Part shown: piece after piece, positions 46,310-59,124 of the stretch
Layout of the letters: every line of letters begins with the position of its first letter
Numbering within the stretch: position 1 is the first letter of the stretch
Origin: Psammoneis japonica
Lineage: Eukaryota
Reading direction: 5' to 3'
Length of the DNA stretch: 64,000 nt
Assembly: GCA_008632985.1 (NCBI GenBank)
Contig: QPGO01000191.1
Span: 1 to 64,000 of the forward strand
Notes under the pieces: generated by a model
Seen by the model: only the letters and a program-made list of their open reading frames with translations
Database searches by the model: none
What the model was told of the DNA's origin: nothing
Program-made: the position numbers and the translations under genes

Positions 46310-49300
46310 ACACAGGAAATGGTTTCACTCAGAAGGAGACTGATGTTCTTCCAGACATCCCAGAAAACAATCTGCCTCTTTGTCATGAGGAATGGAAGTG
46401 TGTTGCCGCTGATCACATGGCATGTTTTCCTGACAACAGCCATGCCACAGATTCATTGAAGCACAAGCTTTGGCCTCTGTGCTGGCACAAGGCCCTGACT
46501 GGTGACCCAATTTGCCTTCCCAAAGAAGTGCTTTTCTACGTGGCTTCACATTGATGGTTTCTACGTGGAATTCTACGTGCGTTTTGTGCTGCGTTTTCGT
46601 CACCATGGTGACCTCTCCTCTGCTGCAGGCTGAGCCTCCCGGCAACTCTCCTCCTGATCCTCCCCATGAAAATGGCGAGTCTCCTCCAACCCCTCCCCAT
46701 GCTGGAAACGGCAAATCCAAACATGACAATGCCAATGAGATTGCCCTCAGGTTTGAGTTTACCTCCGATGACCCCAATGCTTCCATGGCATCAGCTGTGG
46801 GACACACGATGGTGTCCCAAACCCTGCAACAAAAGGCCACTCAAGATCCTCTTACAAACAAAATTTCAACATTCTCCAACAGTGGCAAGACCATTCCCAA
46901 AATCAACATGGTTGATTGGATGACTGGACTTGCTCATTCTCAACACTTCACAATTCATCGCATCGGCGGATCTTGTTGGTGCAAGCCAACGCATGTAATT
47001 GCCCACCGAATCAGGACTGCTCTCACCCTCTCTGACATTCAAGACATTCCATTTGTCACCAAAACTCTCAAGGATAACTCCATTTTTATGTGCCGACATG
47101 AGTGGGATGAAACTGTTGCCGATCTTGTCCACATCGTGCAAATCTCTGAACATCTTCCCCGCCACTGCTCTGCGGATGTTGTGATTAAACGTCTTCAGGC
47201 AGTTGTTCCGAACAGTTGTCGTGCCAAGCTCCCGATCCATCTGATCCCTCAGAAAATCACTTCACCAACGGACAAGTCCATCCGTGCAGATTTTCACTCC
47301 ATTGAAACCCCATGAGACAAAGCAAGGGAAGTTGTCAAAGTCTTGTTGGAAATTCTGAAGGAGCACCCCCGATTCTCAATTCTTTCCCGCTGGAGATTCT
47401 CTGCAATGGAAGCAGAAGCCTGTGAGAAAGAGGTCGAACACCAACACAAACTTGCTTCCATGACATGCGCAACTCCCCTGCTGCACCACACCGCAGACAT
47501 GAATTTTTGCCTTCGCCCTCAGCTCATCCTCTTGGAAGGTGTCCATGACATCATTCCATCCAAACGTCAGTCCATGATTTCATGCTACAACGTGTCAGTG
47601 TCCAAGATGTTTCACAAGAAAGTCCAAGAACTTCTTCCTCCAACTCTTCAGAGCATGGCAAATGACTTGCCAGAAGATGCCTCGCCAATGTCAGGTTCTC
47701 CACAGCCAATGACACAGGGCCTCTCCGATGATGTGTCTGATGCGGCAAACTTTGTCACTTCTGCAAGTGTCCGCAGCTGGACTTCTTTGGACATTTCAGA
47801 AATTTCTCAAAACAGCATTCCTCCTCCACCTCCAGCCCCCTCAGATGCACCTGCCCCACCGGTCCCCAACAATGCAGGTGTTCACCCGTTCAAGACATTT
47901 GCTCAAGCACTAAATTCAGCACCGACCAATCAGCCTGTCACACCTGCAACCTCCGACATTGCTGATCATGCTTCGGACCTTGAAGATTTGCATCAGGAAA
48001 TTGCACGGATGCAAAAGGAAAATGAGATTCGGCTTGCCAGAATTGAAGAACAACATCAACAGTCCATGGCTGCTCTCCAGGAAACATTGGAACAACAGCA
48101 TCAGACACAAATCACAAGCCTGGTCCAGCAACTGCAGACAGTCATTCAAGAGTGTCTTCCTCTGCCAGATTCCCTGTCTGACTCATGCTTGTCCCCAGCT
48201 GGCAAGAAACCTGCAGCATCTGCTCCTGCCAGCTCTTCCTCGGAGGAACCTCCTGATCTGTCCCTGATGGATGCCACTCAAGACGATGCAAATTTTTAAC
48301 AGGGCGAACCAAGTCGTCATTTTCGCCCAACAACACCAACGCAGATTTACAATCTCTCTCTCAGCCTCCCTTCGAGAGAGCAAAGCCTTGCCATGAGGGG
48401 TGATCCCCTTTTGCTCACTGATTTTCCCTCTGCTGAGCAGGGGACTCCACCTGATGAGATGCCACTCCCCAGTTCTAACCCTGAAGACACATTGCCTCTG
48501 GCAGCCGATCCTGCCGGTTCACCTGCTCCCCCATCTCTGCAACATGTGGCCCAACAATGGAACAACCTTCTTGATGGCCGATGTTGTGACCTTCCTTCCC
48601 AGACCATTGATTGTTCTAACTTGCGTGCAAATGACCCCATTGGCGATCATCTGGGCCCCAAAGAACCTGACACGACCCGACTGTGTGCTTTCAATGCAAA
48701 CGGATGTTCCTGCAACTCTCTCGGTGGCAATTTCAATTCCCATTGTCAAGCAATCAATGAACTGCAGGCAGACATCATTGGCATCTCTGAGACATGCTTG
48801 GATGCCACTCAACCGCAAATTTCACAGACCTGCAGACAGGTGGTGCATTCCTCCCTCCATCATGGTCGGCTGACTTTGTCAGCATCTTCCATCCCCTTCA
48901 CTGCCCCTTGTGAGCCAGGTGGAACTGCCACAATCTCCTGCAATTCCTTGGCGTCTTGCTGCCGAACACAGAAGATGGATCCCCTGGGCAGATGGTCAAT
49001 CCAGATTTTTGATGGGAAGCAAGGCAAACAAATCATGTTTGTTTCATGTTGCAGAGTGTGTGCCAACAGAACATCCGCTGCAGGCAAGACTGCTGCATGT
49101 GCTCAACAAGTTAACTTGCTCCGCGCAGAGGGTCGCGCTCACCCTGAACCCCATTGAGCCTTTTGTGAGGACCTCTCACAACTTTTGGAAGCATTTTTGT
49201 ATGAACCCAACAGAGAGGTGGTCCCATTTGGTGACTTTAGTGCGGACTTCCGACATGATGCGGACCTCTTGGCTCGCATGGCGATTCGCTTTCGACTCTC

Positions 49301-52300
49301 TGATGTCATGCACAGTTGCACGCAAGACATGGACTTCGCCACCTGCCTTTGTGGCTCCAGAAGGCTGGGTTGTGTGCTGGCCACCCCTGGCACCCTTCAT
49401 GCAGTCACACATTGCGGCTGTGAACCTTTTGGATGCTGTGCGTCTCGTCAGATCATCGTGCTTGCTTTGTCGATTTCGATGCGATGCAGCTCTTTGGCAA
49501 CACCTCGGTGGACGTCCCGAAGCCTGCTCACTGCACACTTCAAACCAAATTGCCCAAACAGGCGACCGCTTGCCTGGAAGCAATCGGCCCCATGCTGCTG
49601 AGCTGCGACGTTTTGCAGCACAGTGAAGATCTTCTCGCCTCCGAGACTCCTGACCCCCTGCTTGCGGAACGTCCAGACCGTGACATGACTCAGTTTTGCA
49701 TTGCAGCCGCCAAGCATTGTTGCCAATTTCATGAACCCGAGTGGTCTCTGAAATTAGCAGATCTCTGGCGAAAAGTTTTTGTTCTCTCTCGACTGCTCTC
49801 CATGTTCAAAAACAGGGTCAATTTTGTCCCAGCGATCATTGGAGAACGGTCTCAACTCAAGTCTACCTTTTTGATCCCAACAACAATGGCAGAATGCCAA
49901 ACCGCTTTACGACAGGCACAAAAAGAATGCAAGAAAATCGCCAAAGACAGTCCACATCACAGAGAACGTGAGCGGGATTCTCGCATGGCGGAACTCGACT
50001 TAGAGGGTGCCACGGCCTCCAAGATGCAGGCCCGGATTCTCCGAAATGTGCATTGTGCAGAAGAAACTGACCAAGCATTCCGCAAAGTTGACGCATTTAA
50101 GGACAAAGACAGTTCAAGTGTCACTGACATCCAGGTCCCCAAAGATCCTGCTGCTGATCCTAAAACTTGCGAACATTGGATTGCCATTGATGCCCCAAAA
50201 GATGTCGAGGCTGCTCTTGCTTCCCAGAATCAGAAGCACTTTGGTCAGGCTCATGGCACTAGACCCACTGTTCTGCCATTGTCCGTAGACCTTGGTTGTG
50301 AAGGCAACACTGTTGTGGCAGAATTGATGCTCGACGGAGACTGCGATGCCTTTAACATGACCGAAGCTGCTGCCTTGCTCGCACAGCATCTCCGTCTCCG
50401 GCAGCTGTCTCCAACTTCCTCACGGAGTCCGCCCTTGGGAAAAAATTTAAAACTTGGTCAGAACCCACCTCCACATCCCTGAAATCTGGGTTGCACCTTG
50501 GCCACTGGAAGGCAACGTGTGCGAAGCACGTTCACTCGTCCACTGCGGATGAACTTGGTGACCCCACCGACAAACGTCTCGAACTGGACAATGTGCAAGA
50601 AACACCACAGGCCATTCGTCTGAACCTCCTAAATTGTGTGCTCAAATGGGGTTGCTCATGCAATTGATGGAGAGACATTGTGAATGTTGTGATTTTCAAA
50701 GAGCCCAGGAACAATGAAGTCTGCCGGCTGCGAGTCATCCACATCTGTGAAGCAGACTTCCAATTGATCACAAGTGTTAAATGGCGTGCTCTTGCACAGC
50801 ACATGGAACATCAGCGCCTCTACAATCCAGGGATGTGTGGCACCAGAGCCTTCCTTTGTGCCCAGACACCTGTCTTTTTGGAAGCGCCAATGCCAGAAAT
50901 TTCCAGAGCATCCAGAAAAACCCTCATTGCCAGCGACGACGACTGCACCTCATGCTGCAACCGCAACATCCCGGCTTTGATGGCAGCAATGTCAATGAGC
51001 CTTGGAATGGACCCAATGGCAGAGGCAGTTGCAATTCACACTGTTCACTTGGCATGGCACTGGTTGCTCACCCTTCTGGGAACAGCGGAAGATTCTTGCT
51101 TGCATTCATCCAAGCACCCCATTTGTGGAACTGGTCAAGGCAGTGGAAACTCCCCCTTTCACTGGAACAATCTTTGCAGCTTGCTCTTTGACATCTTTGA
51201 TGCCAAAGCTCATGGTGCCTTTCTTTGAATCCCCAGACAGATCACATCAGCTGCGCATTTTTGCAAGAGGGTGTGTTGACGACACTTCAAAACAAGTGAA
51301 TGATTTCTGTGTCTCGCCTCAACCTTCAGCAGACAAACTGGCATTGCATCTTCAACATGACAACCAATTATGGTGTGATCTGCTGCACACTGGTGGCCAT
51401 GAATTAGAGCCACCAAAATGCTCCTTCCACGTTGTTGAATGGGAGTTCTCCGAACATGGTGAACCAAATCTAAGACCGCACAACCATGACCTGGATGTTG
51501 AAATCTTTTCAGCAGATCAGACCTCCTCATGATGCAGCACTCAACCATCCCCGTTTGCTCCCCACAAGACGCTGGGTCACTGTCCTTCTCCATCAGGAAA
51601 GCCAAAGAAACAGCTTCAAGTCCTTAAAGACAAAAGTGGCGGGAAGGCCCTTTTTGTCCAATCTGTTCCTCTGGATCGCGTCAAATCATGGCGGCATCGC
51701 CATGCGTGTCACTTGCCCTCAGCAGCATTTGTTCTTGCCAACTCTCACTTTGCCATGAAAGAACTCTTGAAAATTCAACAACAAGCTGTGAGAGTTACAT
51801 TTGCCAAGTGTGGATGTGACAGGAACACAAAATGTGCCATTCTGTTTGGCCCTCAATCGCTGGGTGGCAGAGGTTTCCGGTCTCTGGACGTGGAGCAAGG
51901 TGTCGCACAGATGCAGCAACTCTTGCATCACACCCATGGAGCGCAGTCACTCCTGCAAGACGATCAGCCATGCAAAGCTGTGCATGTTGCCATCTCATGG
52001 ATCCAGTTGCAAGTTGGCACTGGGGTGAGTTTTTTGAAGGACGTCAGTGCTCCTCACCCACACTGTGAATCTCTGTGGTTTGTGTCCGCAAGGTCCTTTT
52101 TGCTTCAAGTGAATGGCTCCATTTGCTTGTCCGACGACGGTGCACTGCCTCTTCAGCACAACAATGACCAACACTTGATGGATGATGCTCTCGACATGCC
52201 CCAATTCTCAGCTCAAGACATCCGCTGGATAAATTGTTGCAGGATGCACCTCAAGGTTCTCACGGCTTCAGACATCACCCTTGCTTGTGGTTTGCTGCTC

Positions 52301-55150
52301 AACAAATCAAAAATGCATGGAGATCCCACCTTTCTCAGTGGCATCAGCACGCTCAATGACATCAAACAAGAAAAACCTTGCCACAGAGCATGGCGCCCTT
52401 GGATTGAAGTTTGTGAGTCATTGTGCCACCCGAATTCAACGAGACTGAAAGATCCTTTGGGCGATTGGCTTCTGCCCCCTTCCAAGATGAGGATGAGTGC
52501 GAGTGCATGCTGCTCTCCAGCAGAATCTTGCCTGCATGTCAGATCTCCAACAGGACACGACATTTTCTCTGTCGTCATGCACACAGCTGAGGATTTGTTT
52601 CCCTCAGAGACTGTCCCTTGTCCTTCCAACGAATCCTTCCCGGTCGAAATCAGTGCGTCCCATCACGGTCATTGGCAATTTTCCCAGCATCGTGTGGTTC
52701 TGGTGCTAGAAACACCCCCCCCCCCCCCTCTTCCAGATTGTTTCCATGATCGTCTTCAGGCGTTGCCTTGATGGGAAGCAGCTCTCTTCAGAGACATGAC
52801 TTTCCATGTGCCCCTGAACTCTCTGATCGATTTGTTGCTGACAGATCATCTCACTGCAGGAAGTGATGGCTCCATCCCACACCAGCAGGCCACTTTCGGA
52901 TGGACTGTTACGATCCAGGGCACTCCGCTGGTGGACTGTGCTGGCCCTGTGTTTGGCAGGTTGCCTTCATTGTGCCGGTCGGAGGCATGTGGAGTTCCAT
53001 CGATTTCAAGGTTTCTGTTTCGAGTCCTCAAGTGTGGCAAAGTTTCCCATTGCTTTGGAATGGACAACTGGTGTGACAACAAAGCCTTGGTTAAAGTGCT
53101 GCAAAGACCGCATTCTTCCCACCCGTCTGTCGATCCGATCACCCAAGACAATCAAGACAAAGATTACAATCTGCGCCATCATGACGCCAATGTGCTGTCA
53201 TCGGATTGGGATTTTGCAAACGAGACACTGCAGACTGCTGCGAACATTGCAGATCAGTTGGATCCCTCCTCTGCTGGTCAAGTGCCTCTAGTCAAATGGG
53301 TTGAAGGTCACCAAGATCGTCATGCACCAGTCGAAACACTGCCTTTAAACGCAAAAGTAAACATCCGTGCAGACAAGTTGGCTGGACAGCATCAACGTCA
53401 AATCTCAGAGGACACGACAGAGGTCATTCCACTCCCGCACTGCCAAGCTTGTCTTTCTCTTTCCAATGGTGCTGTTGCAGCGGGCCTCAAAGCCTTGGTC
53501 TGGTGCACAGCAACAGCCCCTGCTCTCATGCTCTACACACAAGAGAGAAACCAATGGGACGACACTGTCACGTCATTGATTGATTGGAACGCACATGCGA
53601 CTTTGGCAAAACGGTTTTCTAAACAACATGTCTCCACGGTCAAACTGATTCACAAGCTGTCACCTGCCAACAAGATCACCCACAGGCACAACCCAGTCCG
53701 CCCTCACCATTGTTTGTCTTGCAAGAGCCCCATGGAAGACAGAGACCACATCCTACGATGTCCTGCCAATGAAGACTGGAGACGCACATTTCTTCAGGGT
53801 TTGAAGAAGTGCTGCGACAAGATTGACACCATGCCTCCCCTTCGAGACTTCCTGTTGTCGTCCTTGGAACAATGGTTCCACAACAAAATGATGCACGCGA
53901 CAGATGCCCCCCCACTTCTCAGGTCATTGTGGCAAGCTCAGACTGGCATTGGATTTCGTCAGATTTTTAATGGCCGTTTCTCCTCCCTGTGGAACACATT
54001 TCAAGAGATCCACCTTAGAGAGTCGGGTTCACTTGAGCAATGTCGTAAAGAGAATCGTCCTCCCCCAGTGTGGGCAGTTCAAATTGGAACACACATGTGG
54101 CGGTCTTGGTGGGAGCTGTGGGAAAGACACAACAAACAGGTTCACGGACACGATCTAGATGCACGCAAATCCTCACAACGACGCATCGCAGAAGCAGAAC
54201 TCACCGCTGTTTGTGACAAATGGCAAGAATGTCTTGCAAAGGACAGAGCAGATCTCATGGATGCTTTGGAGGATCACTTGGCACACGGCACATCGCAGAT
54301 TGTGAATTGGGTGTCAATGATCAAACCCCGCCTTAAAGCCAGCATCAAAGAAGCAAAGAGTCTCATGCTCCGAGGCACACATTCCATTGCCAGTTGTTTC
54401 GGGAGGGCATCACCTTCTGGTGACGCCTCTGTTGGCTAGCCCCTGTTTCCCTTCTGCCGCACTAGCTCAGTTCACTGGAAGTGTGGGTTAGCCGGCGTCG
54501 GCATGGCTGACAAAGGAGTGGTGGCACTTGCAAAAATAGATCTGGTTTTTTTGCCTTCCCAAAGAAGTGAGCCATGCCAAGAAAATCCAACATGACATGC
54601 AGAAAAAGGCAGACATGTCAGAGGCAGAGGATGATGGAGGTGCTTTTTGGTGCTCAGGAGATGAAGGTGACAAAAACAATGACAAAGTGCAGCATTGTGA
54701 GCTCAACCTGGCTGCCACCCATGGTGTTGCTGGCACCCCTGTTGCTGCCAACACAAGTGACTCTGATGATGAGGAAGAGGAAGCAGTGCACCCAACTCCA
54801 ACAAAAGAGTGCACACAGGAAGCTCTGGGGACAGCGGCCATCAATCAGAGGAAGTCTGCCACCATGAAGACTTCCAACAAGGATGGAGGGAAAACAGCCA
54901 ATCAAAAGGAGCCTGGCACCTGCCAGATTGTCAAGAAGCACAGGAAGAAGGGAGGTCCAAGTGCCAAAAGGAAAAAGCACAGCTGCAGCGCTGATCCTGA
55001 AGAAAGTGTCAGCAAAGATGATGTCACAAAGTTCCTCCAGATGAGCATGTTGTGGAGGATGCAAGGCCAGAGAGAACATGAGGAGGAGCCTGGCGGCAAT
55101 GCTGGCAATGCCCCATCCAATGGTGCCAGATTGACATCATCAGCTTGGCA
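46310..55150 (+). pseudogene. Myb-like/DUF6818-type ORF (often TE-associated), split by the LINE: 46310-46530 + 54570-55150
   Basis: GNGFTQKETDVL..NNLPLCHEEW..DSLKHKLW..TGDPICLPKEV continues in register after the LINE as SHAKKIQHDMQKKAD. Confidence 0.6.
46531..54549 (+). mobile_element. Full-length ~8.0-kb non-LTR retrotransposon (Ambal-like: ORF1; ORF2 APE-RT-RNase H), degenerate, with a 20-bp TSD
   Basis: TSD TTTGCCTTCCCAAAGAAGTG at 46511-46530 and 54550-54569. ORF1 ~46604-48299. APE motifs FNANG, IGISET, DPLGRWS, FGDF, SDHR. RT motifs KEPRN..RLRVIH, DDDCTSCCNR, GTGQGSGNSP, GCVDD. RNase H motifs GSDGS, RSEACG, WCDNKAL, WVEGHQD, NIRADKLA. Confidence 0.92.
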
Positions 55151-56444
55151 GGTGCCATGGGCTCAGAGATCACGCATGACCCAGCATCAGTGAATTGTTC
55201 CTTTGTGAGCTTGCTTGGAGCTGCTGCCAACACCAACAGCCACCAGTGCATGCCATGCAGGAGGAGATGGTGCTGTGTCATCAGCTTGCAACTCCCCAGC
55301 TGCCGCCACCAAACCATCAATGAATCAACTGGCTGGCTCAAGCTCACTCAGATCCACACAAAATGACATGGAGGGTGCCATGGATGAGAACAAAACAGCG
55401 GGTGTCCAGCGTCAGCGTAACAGCTTTTGTGACCACAATGAATCAACCGGCCAATGCAAGGTTGCTTGGAGCCATGCAAAACAAAACACAGAGGGTGCCG
55501 TTGACAAGAAAAAACAACAGGCATCTGGCGTCAGTGCAGCAGCATCTCACAACTGTTGTCAGAAGTGTGGTTTGCAATCAAACTCAAAAGCAAGTGTGGT
55601 TTGATGAAATTGTTTGCATTGACACATCACTTTGTTTCTCTCAAAAGTGCATTGATGGATGTGATCTTGGAGGAACAATCACAAAGCATCCGCGCAATGA
55701 CGCAGAGGGTGCCACAGATGAGAGCAATGCAGCAAGCATCTGGTGTCAGCATGACTGCATTTTGTGACTGCTGTTGCAAGTGTGCTTCACAATTGAACTC
55801 AAAAGCATGGTTTGATGAACTCATTTGCCTTGATGTGGAGCTGGGAAATGTGCGCACTCTGAATCTGGTCAAGACTGACACATCCACCCCAAACACTGCA
55901 GAGAAGAAGCACGATCATGATCTTCAAAACAATCTTCCTTTCTGCACTGCCCTCTCTGTTGTGCCAAAGTGCAACAAGAAGCCAGTGAAAACCAAAACAG
56001 GAAAACCAGGTCAGAAAGAGGGCCATGAAAACAAGTGAGAAAAACTTGTGTTTGTGAGTGAAGTGACACACCAGAAATTCACACTGGCTGTGCCATCTTC
56101 AATTCATCAATGGAGCACATTTTTTGCATTGCAGATGTGTTTGCAGACAGACATTGATGATTGTTGTGTGTTTTGTCATTTCAGAACACCAAAAACAACA
56201 CAATGTTTCCAACATGCAACACAAGAAAACACTGGAAATGACACATTGTTGTGATGCACTTGCGCTGCAGAGAAAGGGTTGTGCTGCAAACCAAAAGTTG
56301 TGTTGTTGTGCCTGCTGTCAATCTGCAGCACTTGGATGAACATCAAACAAGTGACTTCTGCCTTGGCTGGTTTCTGTTCTTTGTCAGTCACATTTGATGG
56401 GTGGTTGGCCATGCCTGCCAACTCATCATTTCATTTAAGAGAGA

Positions 56445-56487
<43 letters not shown>

Positions 56488-57150
56488 CTGGCAAAGATCA
56501 GCAAAGAAAACAGAGTCAAAACTCTCAATCCATTGTTGTGGCTTGCAGCCACAGCCAACAATGCCAGAGCTGCCCCATGGACAAAGATGGCAAGAGAAGA
56601 GAGAAATTTCTTTGAGAGAGACAGCCAGCTGCACTTCTAGAAAGCCCTCCCGCCAGCATGCAGTGTGCCTCTGCACTTGCCTGAAGTCATTGCCAGCTTC
56701 AAAGAGTGGTGTGGTTTGTGAGAGACAACCCAGGTGTGCCAACAGCAGCACAACCACCCAACAACCACCCCCTCATCCTTGCCAAGCAGCACCACCCAAC
56801 CCGCCCACCCCCTTGAAAGAAAAGCAAGCACGGGGAAGCTGCAGCCAGGTGGCAAGTGTGTCCTGCCTGTGGCACACTTGCTCAGGGCACATTGATGAAT
56901 TGTGCACACTCACACTGGAATCTGGAGAGAGTTGCTGCTGCAGTCTTGGCTTTGCTGGCAAGCAATCACCAGTCCTCCAAGAACAAAGAGTTTGCAACCA
57001 GGAGGAACAGCCCATTTGTGTGGCACAGAATGAGTCATGTTCTGTCAAGCAACAAGACAGTTTTGTCACCCTTGTTTGCTTTGAGACAGAAGTGCCTGGT
57101 GACAAAGCAGTGATACAGAGATGGGCATCCTCAACAGCAAGTGTGATTCA
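55150..57150. repeat. Degenerate TpA/CpG-depleted repeat sequence with internal ~120-bp repeats and a (GA)n tract at ~56438-56487
   Basis: Recurring gagggtgcc..gagaa/gagc..gcatctgg.gtcag units between ~55370 and 55800; essentially no TA. Confidence 0.55.
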
Positions 57151-57466
57151 ATAGAAGAGTTTGTGTCTGACAAAATGCTGACAGAGAGCTCACCCAAAAC
57201 GAACCTCTTGAAGAGCGGAAAAACGCTCCAACAGATGGCTCTACCTAGCTCCTGCGACTTCCGAAGCATTGCCACATAGCAACAATCTCAAAGAAAGGCT
57301 TGGACAGACAAACCGTGGGCATGACAAGTGCCTTTTCAGCGACAGCGTTTCCGTCAAGTGGTGATAAAAAAATGAAAACTACTAATGTAATGGAGCAACA
57401 CACACCTGTCACAAGCTCTACCGCTACACAGGCAATGGTGGCAACGAGAACATAGGGTCGCTAAGC

Positions 57467-58411
57467 CTACTCACAGTAGCTTCCCTCTGGATAATGCCCG
57501 GACGTGCCTAGTAAGACTCGGACGCGGTCGTCCCAAAAGACTTCTATCATCGAGTCAACCACGTCACCCAATGTCGATTGAGAGAAATAGTTCCAATAGT
57601 AGTCGTAGTCAAAATCGCTGTTCAAATATGCGAGCCACGACGGCTCGTCGGATGGTATGCTTGTCATCTCTCGTGTACCGTAGGAAGTGTCGTATCGGGT
57701 TCCGGTTGTAGAGTTGAAGGAGGGATTGAAGGCCGAAGGAGGATACACGCCTCTATGCTGTTTTGACCCCTGTCCATCGATCATTGACGAAAATAATACC
57801 ATGAAGCAGAGGAAGGTGACTACAATAGTGATCCAATCTGCAGCATACTTCAAATGAGGATGCGGCGTATCAGTTGAGTCAGGTTCCTTGGGTGCCGACG
57901 CCGACGGTTGAGGAGTCAACCACCGGCGATTGTCTTCCGGATGGTAATCTGGATTCACTGGTGGCGGTCGCTCGTCCATGTCATACTTTGCCTCCTCCCT
58001 TACTATTTGATTATCGTTGTTCTGTGAGGGTGGCATCATTACATCCAGGTACTCGATCTCCCGTGAGAGTGCTGATTCTGTAGTTGTGTCGAAGAGAGTC
58101 GTTCGGACCGGAGATGGTTCTTCGCCAGACTCATTCCTGGTAGTCGTCAACGGCACATCGTCAGAGTTGAGTTTGTTTTGTGGTTGACGATCCTTCAAAT
58201 ACCTCCTAAACCATACAATTAAGGCAATGATGTTCTTCAAGGCAATGGCTAATACAATCGCCAGGGCCCAAAATACAATTTGCATGATGGCATCCAAGAG
58301 AAATTCAATTTGCATCATGAAGGCATCCAAGAGAAATACAATTTCCATCATGGTCTCCAAGAGAGAAAATGCCATCCCACCAAATATACCGAGAAACAAC
58401 AGTTCAAGCAT
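57467..58411 (-). CDS. Hypothetical membrane protein with short N-terminal tandem repeats (LL[D/E].M.I)
   Basis: Long ORF of normal composition with TM segments; ~30-33-nt tandem units at ~58270-58370. Confidence 0.6.
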   Translation of the reverse strand: MLELLFLGIFGGMAFSLLETMMEIVFLLDAFMMQIEFLLDAIMQIVFWALAIVLAIALKNIIALIVWFRRYLKDRQPQNKLNSDDVPLTTTRNESGEEPSPVRTTLFDTTTESALSREIEYLDVMMPPSQNNDNQIVREEAKYDMDERPPPVNPDYHPEDNRRWLTPQPSASAPKEPDSTDTPHPHLKYAADWITIVVTFLCFMVLFSSMIDGQGSKQHRGVYPPSAFNPSFNSTTGTRYDTSYGTREMTSIPSDEPSWLAYLNSDFDYDYYWNYFSQSTLGDVVDSMIEVFWDDRVRVLLGTSGHYPEGSYCE

Positions 58412-59124
58412 TATGACAACAAAATGTTGGGAGGTGTATGTTGCTTCGTCAAAGACTAAACAAGAATAGATGTGGTTGTGGTCAACATGAGATATCCATA
58501 CAGAGGTGCGTAAAGAAGCGCGTGGATAGAACATAACGTTCTCAGTTCTCAGGGCCTTTGAAAGCTTGGATTGAACTTTGCAGCGAAAGTCATGAAGCTG
58601 ATTGGCCTTCGAAATGAATGAATGGTGGAAATATGCAGAATGATGGGTGGTGCTGCCAACGTGGGACTCGGAGATCGAGGGTTCAAGGGAGGAGATGAGT
58701 GGACGAGGACCAAGGCTAATGTGGCCAGGTGCGCGGGGCAGTCAAGTCACTAAGAGGAGTCGTCCGCTTCATGATAGCTATGCCAGCAACAAAAGCACTT
58801 CTTATTCTTACAGCTGTTTTTCCGAGTCCAAACTGGAGATAAAGAGCCCTTACATTGCGTCAGCATTGTGTTGGTAAAGAATACCTCCATTCCATTTGCG
58901 AGGAACCTCAATGATCCTGATGTGCTTTACGCACGCTAGGGCCAATTGTCAGTTTGGGCGGCTTGGTCTTTACGGATACGCCCTCCTCCTTGTTGAGCTC
59001 GCTGCTCTAAACATGTTATGAAACATTGCCTCTTTTGTTGCAACAAACGCAAATCGAAAACGGCGCGTATCATACCATACGTCCTGGATCGAAGTCGCGT
59101 CTACGCTGTACAAAGCAATCCCAA

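Noticed and set aside
37700..57150. Dense overlapping Cys/His-rich, Tyr-free ORFs in all six frames as novel genes or an alternative genetic code
   Set aside because: Loss of TA removes TAA/TAG stops and Tyr codons, which creates spurious ORFs. Neighbouring real genes use the standard code.
58270..58370. Short repeats as a CRISPR-like array (also 62897-62950)
   Set aside because: Tandem units without spacers; the first set is coding, and no cas genes are present.
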